From the human T2T-CHM13v2.0 reference genome, Homo sapiens, in the NCBI RefSeq assembly GCF_009914755.1, contig NC_060938.1: a DNA stretch of 64,000 bases; one strand, given 5' to 3'. The translations under genes and the position numbers were made by a program. Below the pieces are notes generated by a model that searched no databases, was not told the DNA's origin, and saw nothing but the letters and a program-made list of their open reading frames with translations. Positions 59,980-64,000 of the stretch are shown here, in pieces. Every line of letters begins with the position of its first letter. Positions within the stretch are counted from its first letter, which is position 1.

Positions 59980-60358
59980 GCAGCACAAGTGGGATCCATG
60001 CAATGCCATCCCACTTTCCCAGTAGAGAGTAAACTCCAGATTCTAAACAATTTGGGGGTCAAGCAGCATTGCAACTGCAAGAGAAAATTCTAAGGAGGGC
60101 TTAGTACTAGACCTCATAACCTCTGCCAAGAGCATCCCCTTTGGGGAGGTTGAGGTCTGCAGGATCCCCCAGAGCATCCTCCTGTGGGCTCCAATCTTAG
60201 AGTGTCAGATGTCTCTGACCTTAGGTGGGCACTGGCGCCACTTTCCATGTGTTCCCTCCAGAGCCTGCTATGAGCTTTCCTTTGGTACCTGGGTGTAATC
60301 CCTGACTTTTAGCATCCTTATAATTTGATAAGGCCACGCTTTCCCATGCTTCCTGTTC
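59980..60358. repeat. Right copy of ~380-bp direct duplication
   Basis: See 53799-54178. Confidence 0.95.
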
Positions 60359-60854
60359 CGTGAACTTTAATGATAGGAACTGGAGGCTGGGTGGGTTTCT
60401 TTTGCCCTTAGCCAGTTGAATAGGAGAAGGGAAGAATTTAGCATAAGAAAAGAAGGTTTAAGTCCTGAAACATGCGAGTTTGCTCTGAGCTGTGCCACAT
60501 GTAGGGATCAGGGACCACACTCAGAAAATATTTTTTTTTAAAAAAAGAATCCCTTCCCATTCTGGACAGGGCAATTATTCCCATTCATTCCTAGGCCTTC
60601 AGGCAACACTGGGGAGTGACCCCAGCCAATTATCCTCAACTTCCAAGGAGCTACTGGGAAACAGCCACTGAAAGACGGAAAAAGAAAGAGAGAGAAAAAA
60701 AAATGAAAAAGACCCTGGTCCCTTAAGTGAACCAGGCAGTGGCATTTAGGCTTCTCCACATGGAAACGCCTTAGTTTCACTGGCCACGGCCAGAAACCTG
60801 CAGTTGCTTTCGTATTTAGGCGCTGCCCACCAAGGGTCCTGAGTCGGAAAGGAA

Positions 60855-60902
60855 AAGAGAGAGAGAGAGAGAGAGAGAGATTGATTGATTGATTGATTGA
60901 TT
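60855..60902. repeat. (GA)n(GATT)n compound microsatellite in MER61 leader
   Basis: Direct inspection. Confidence 0.9.
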
Positions 60903-60972
60903 CCCCTGTATGGAGCAGAAAGGAAAAAGAGAAAGGAGAAAAAGGAATCCCAAACTTTGGACTTACCTCTTC

Positions 60973-60990
60973 CTCCCCGCTGGCTCGCCA
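60973..60990 (-). other. Primer-binding site, tRNA-Arg, of MER61 element
   Basis: TGGCGAGCCAGCGGGGAG vs TGGCGAGCCAGCCAGGAG (16/18), followed by a strong donor GAG|GTAAGT (GT at 60966-60965). Confidence 0.8.
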
Positions 60991-60995
60991 AAATA

Positions 60996-61354
60996 TGTCA
61001 CCAGTGGAGGGTGTCCAGGTTCTTGGCATCTTGAACAAAGAATTAGACAAAACGCACGAGCAAAACAAGGAAGGAATGAAGGGGTTTACTGAAAATGAAA
61101 GTACACTCCACAGTGTGGGAGCAGGCCCAAGCATAGGGCCTCAAGGGCACCGTTACAGAATCTGGGGGAGTTTAAATACCCTCTAGAGGATTCCATTGGT
61201 TACTTGGGGTACACCCTATGTAAATGAAGAGTATGAAGTAAAGATACAAAGTCATTTACTTGGCCTGCGCCCTATGGAGAGGATATTTCCTGTCATAGCT
61301 GAAGTGCGAACTGGCCTTACGTTCCCTGCCTCCAGACCCTATTTTCCTGCCCCA
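60996..61354 (-). repeat. 5' LTR of MER61 element
   Basis: Paralog of 47903-48258; CCAAT at 61199-61195 and TATTTAAA at 61178-61171 on the minus strand. Confidence 0.88.
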
Positions 61355-61934
61355 GTAATAGTTGATGCTAACAGCTGCTGCCTCTTAAGGACACACCAGG
61401 TACCTGGCACTGTGCTAAGGGCTTTTATAGCCATTCTCTTTTTAAATTTTGCGAACAATTTCAGGAGGTAAATGCTCTTGTTATCCCCATTCTACAGATG
61501 AGGAAACGGAGACTGAGAGAAGTCACTTGCCCAGCTGATAAATGGCAGGGCAGGGTTTCAAACCAGACACATCTCCAAAGTCCACACTGTCTGCTCCAGA
61601 GGCCTCACAGTGTGCATCCTGCAGTAATTCTGATGCCTGTAGGCCCACAAGGCAAAACATCAGAGGCCTCCTGGCCCTTGGTATGTTATGACACGTTAGG
61701 CTCTCAGAGAGGCAGGTTCCAAGCTCCTAACCATAGTGGAAGAAGCCTAACAGTGTTTGACACATGTTAGGTGCTGTGAATGAACAAATGATGGCATAGT
61801 TGCAAAGCCCAGAACTTGAGCTTGTTATTTAATCTCTCTGAGCCTCAACTTCCTCTTCTGTTAAATGGGAATGATAATATCGTTATATTGGTGCTGAAGG
61901 AGGGAATAAGAAACACATGTAAAGAGACAGCACC

Positions 61935-62222
61935 GACCCAGCGCAGTGGCTCACACCTGTAATCCCAGCACTTTAGGAGGCCGAGGCGGGTGGATCACTT
62001 GACGTCAGGAGTTCTCAAGACCAGCCTGGGCAACTTGGTAAAACCGCACTCTACTAAAAATGGAAAAATTAGCCGGGTGTCGTGGCACATGCCTGTAATC
62101 CCAGCTACTCAGGAGGCTGAGGCAGGAGAACGGCTGGAACCCAGGAGGCAGAGGTTGCAGTGAATTGAGACTGTGCCACTGCACTCCAGCCTGAGCAACA
62201 AAGCAGGACCCTGTCTAAAAAA
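61935..62222 (+). mobile_element. AluS inside a MIR
   Basis: Alu dimer; TSD AGA(G/A)ACAGCACC. Confidence 0.9.
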
Positions 62223-63255
62223 GAAACAGCACCCTGCCCCCACACCCAGTCAGTGCCCTTGTTCTACTTCCATGAATTGGGCCATAGGGGTTTGCTGGAG
62301 CAGCGACTTCCTCTATGTCCAGGGAGCTCTGGAGCCATGGTCACCAAGCTCACTGCTGTCACTGTTCAACCTTTCCTCCATGTTCCAGAAAAGCAGGTGC
62401 CCCTGGGCCTACCCTCAAACTCCCAGGGTACCCTTAAGGAGGCCACAGGGCACAGAGCCTGGCATCACTGTATTTTGAGGGATGTCAGCTCCCAGGCCTG
62501 AGTTTGTGAGTAGCTCAGAAGTGAGATGCTGTGGGAGGGATAGTCCCAGGCTGGGAGTTGGAGACCCATCACTTAGAAGCTTGTGACCCTGGGCAAGTCA
62601 CCTGACCTCTCCTGGCCCCCAGTTGCCTCCCCCATCAAGGGGATGTTAGCCAAGATGGAACATCAAAGATCTAGAGCTCTGTGGTTGTGCAATTCTAAGA
62701 TCCTGCCCTACAGACTCCTCCAGAGCCTAAGTCCTGGAGGCAGCAGGTGATGTCCCAGAGGCATATCATGTGCCTTGTGTCACCTCCAGGACATGGCACA
62801 GAGGGGTGTTACAGTGGATGCTTGTCAGCCCTGGCGTTTAGTTAGACATGTGTCCCCAGCACCATGCTGAACCACAGGCCTGGTCCTGAGCAAGCCTACC
62901 CAGGCCCCTTCCCCTTCCCAGAGCCTCTTGTCAGTGAGCACTTGGGGCCCGGGGGGCTGGGCTGGGAGCCTGTTCCTGGAGCTTATTCCCCATGACAGCA
63001 TGGCAGCCCCCAGAGGGCCAAGCTGCACAGTGAAGATTCCCCAGAGCAGGACGCCCCCATCCCTCTCAATCCAGCACTCAGGAAGCACATTCTGTGCTCT
63101 GTCTGCAGCCTCTGCCCCCAGAAATAAAAAAAAGACAGGTTCTGCTTCAAGATGCTCACTCCAAACTAATGCAAAGCCTAGGTGGACTGGCGTAAGGGCT
63201 CTAGAGAGGGTTTCCAGACCTGGCTGGGTCCCACAGTCACCGAATAGCTGGTTAA

Positions 63256-63609
<354 letters not shown>

Positions 63610-64000
63610 TAATAAGCCTGTCTCAGACCGGGGTTTGAGAACTTCTTCCAGGTGAATGATACCAGTTGCTTACCTGGGGGTCTCCTAGGGGCAGACTTTG
63701 GGACAAGATTCATATACAAGGGGTGATTCAGGACTTGCCCTCGAGGAGAAAGCAGGAGGGAGTAGGGAAGCAGGACTGGGAGTGGGAGAAGCCCAGTGAG
63801 GGTGCGACTGCAGGGTGACCCCAACCTCAGTCTGGTCCTGTCGGCAGCTCTGGAGCATAAAGTAAACCTGGGGCCACTCCTAGGCATGTGTGAGGCTCCA
63901 GCACCAGGACAATCCCTGATGGTCCCAAGGGCCAGCACTTAAGGCAAACCCCACTGAGGCTAGGGGACGGGTGTGTAGAGCTGGTAAAGCCATCAGGGTG

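Noticed and set aside
60538-61134. 198-aa ORF on - in the MER61 LTR and leader
   Set aside because: Spans LTR, PBS and a microsatellite (SINQSINLSLSLSLS); low complexity, not gag-like.
54179-61354. p53 response elements, expected because LTR10 and MER61 families are known p53-site carriers
   Set aside because: Only poor half-sites were found (GAGCATGCAA, GAGCAGGCCC) and no paired RRRCWWGYYY; a PWM scan would settle it.

Overview
Primate (very probably human) genomic DNA from inside the RIN3 gene, which runs on the + strand. Two canonical RIN3 coding exons of the SH2 region are present (9106-9223 and 47140-47212), plus a candidate alternative first coding exon (ATG 8104, donor 8128). The rest is intron packed with Alu, L1, L2, MIR, MaLR, DNA transposons and ERV1 LTRs. 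The main structure, in the intron after the second exon, is a nested antisense retroviral cassette. A MER61-type element (47903-61354, PBS-Arg) contains a HERV-IP/LTR10-type provirus (54179-59979, PBS-Pro) with broken gag, a pro-RT-RNaseH deletion and one intact 665-aa env, which I recognise as ERVPb1/EnvP(b). The most unusual observations: (1) the inner provirus is flanked by a ~380-bp direct duplication instead of a 4-5 bp TSD, and the two copies are far less diverged (~3%) than either LTR pair (~10%); (2) both 5' LTRs keep promoter motifs that the 3' LTRs have lost; (3) a 145-bp inverted templated insertion sits in a MIR; (4) a 3'-truncated L1 still has a TSD; (5) an L1 patch without poly(A) sits in a MER1B; (6) a MER41 with two intact GAS sites lies next to the candidate alternative RIN3 exon. 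Repeat subfamily names come from recalled consensus sequences, and identities were counted by hand; both need computational confirmation.
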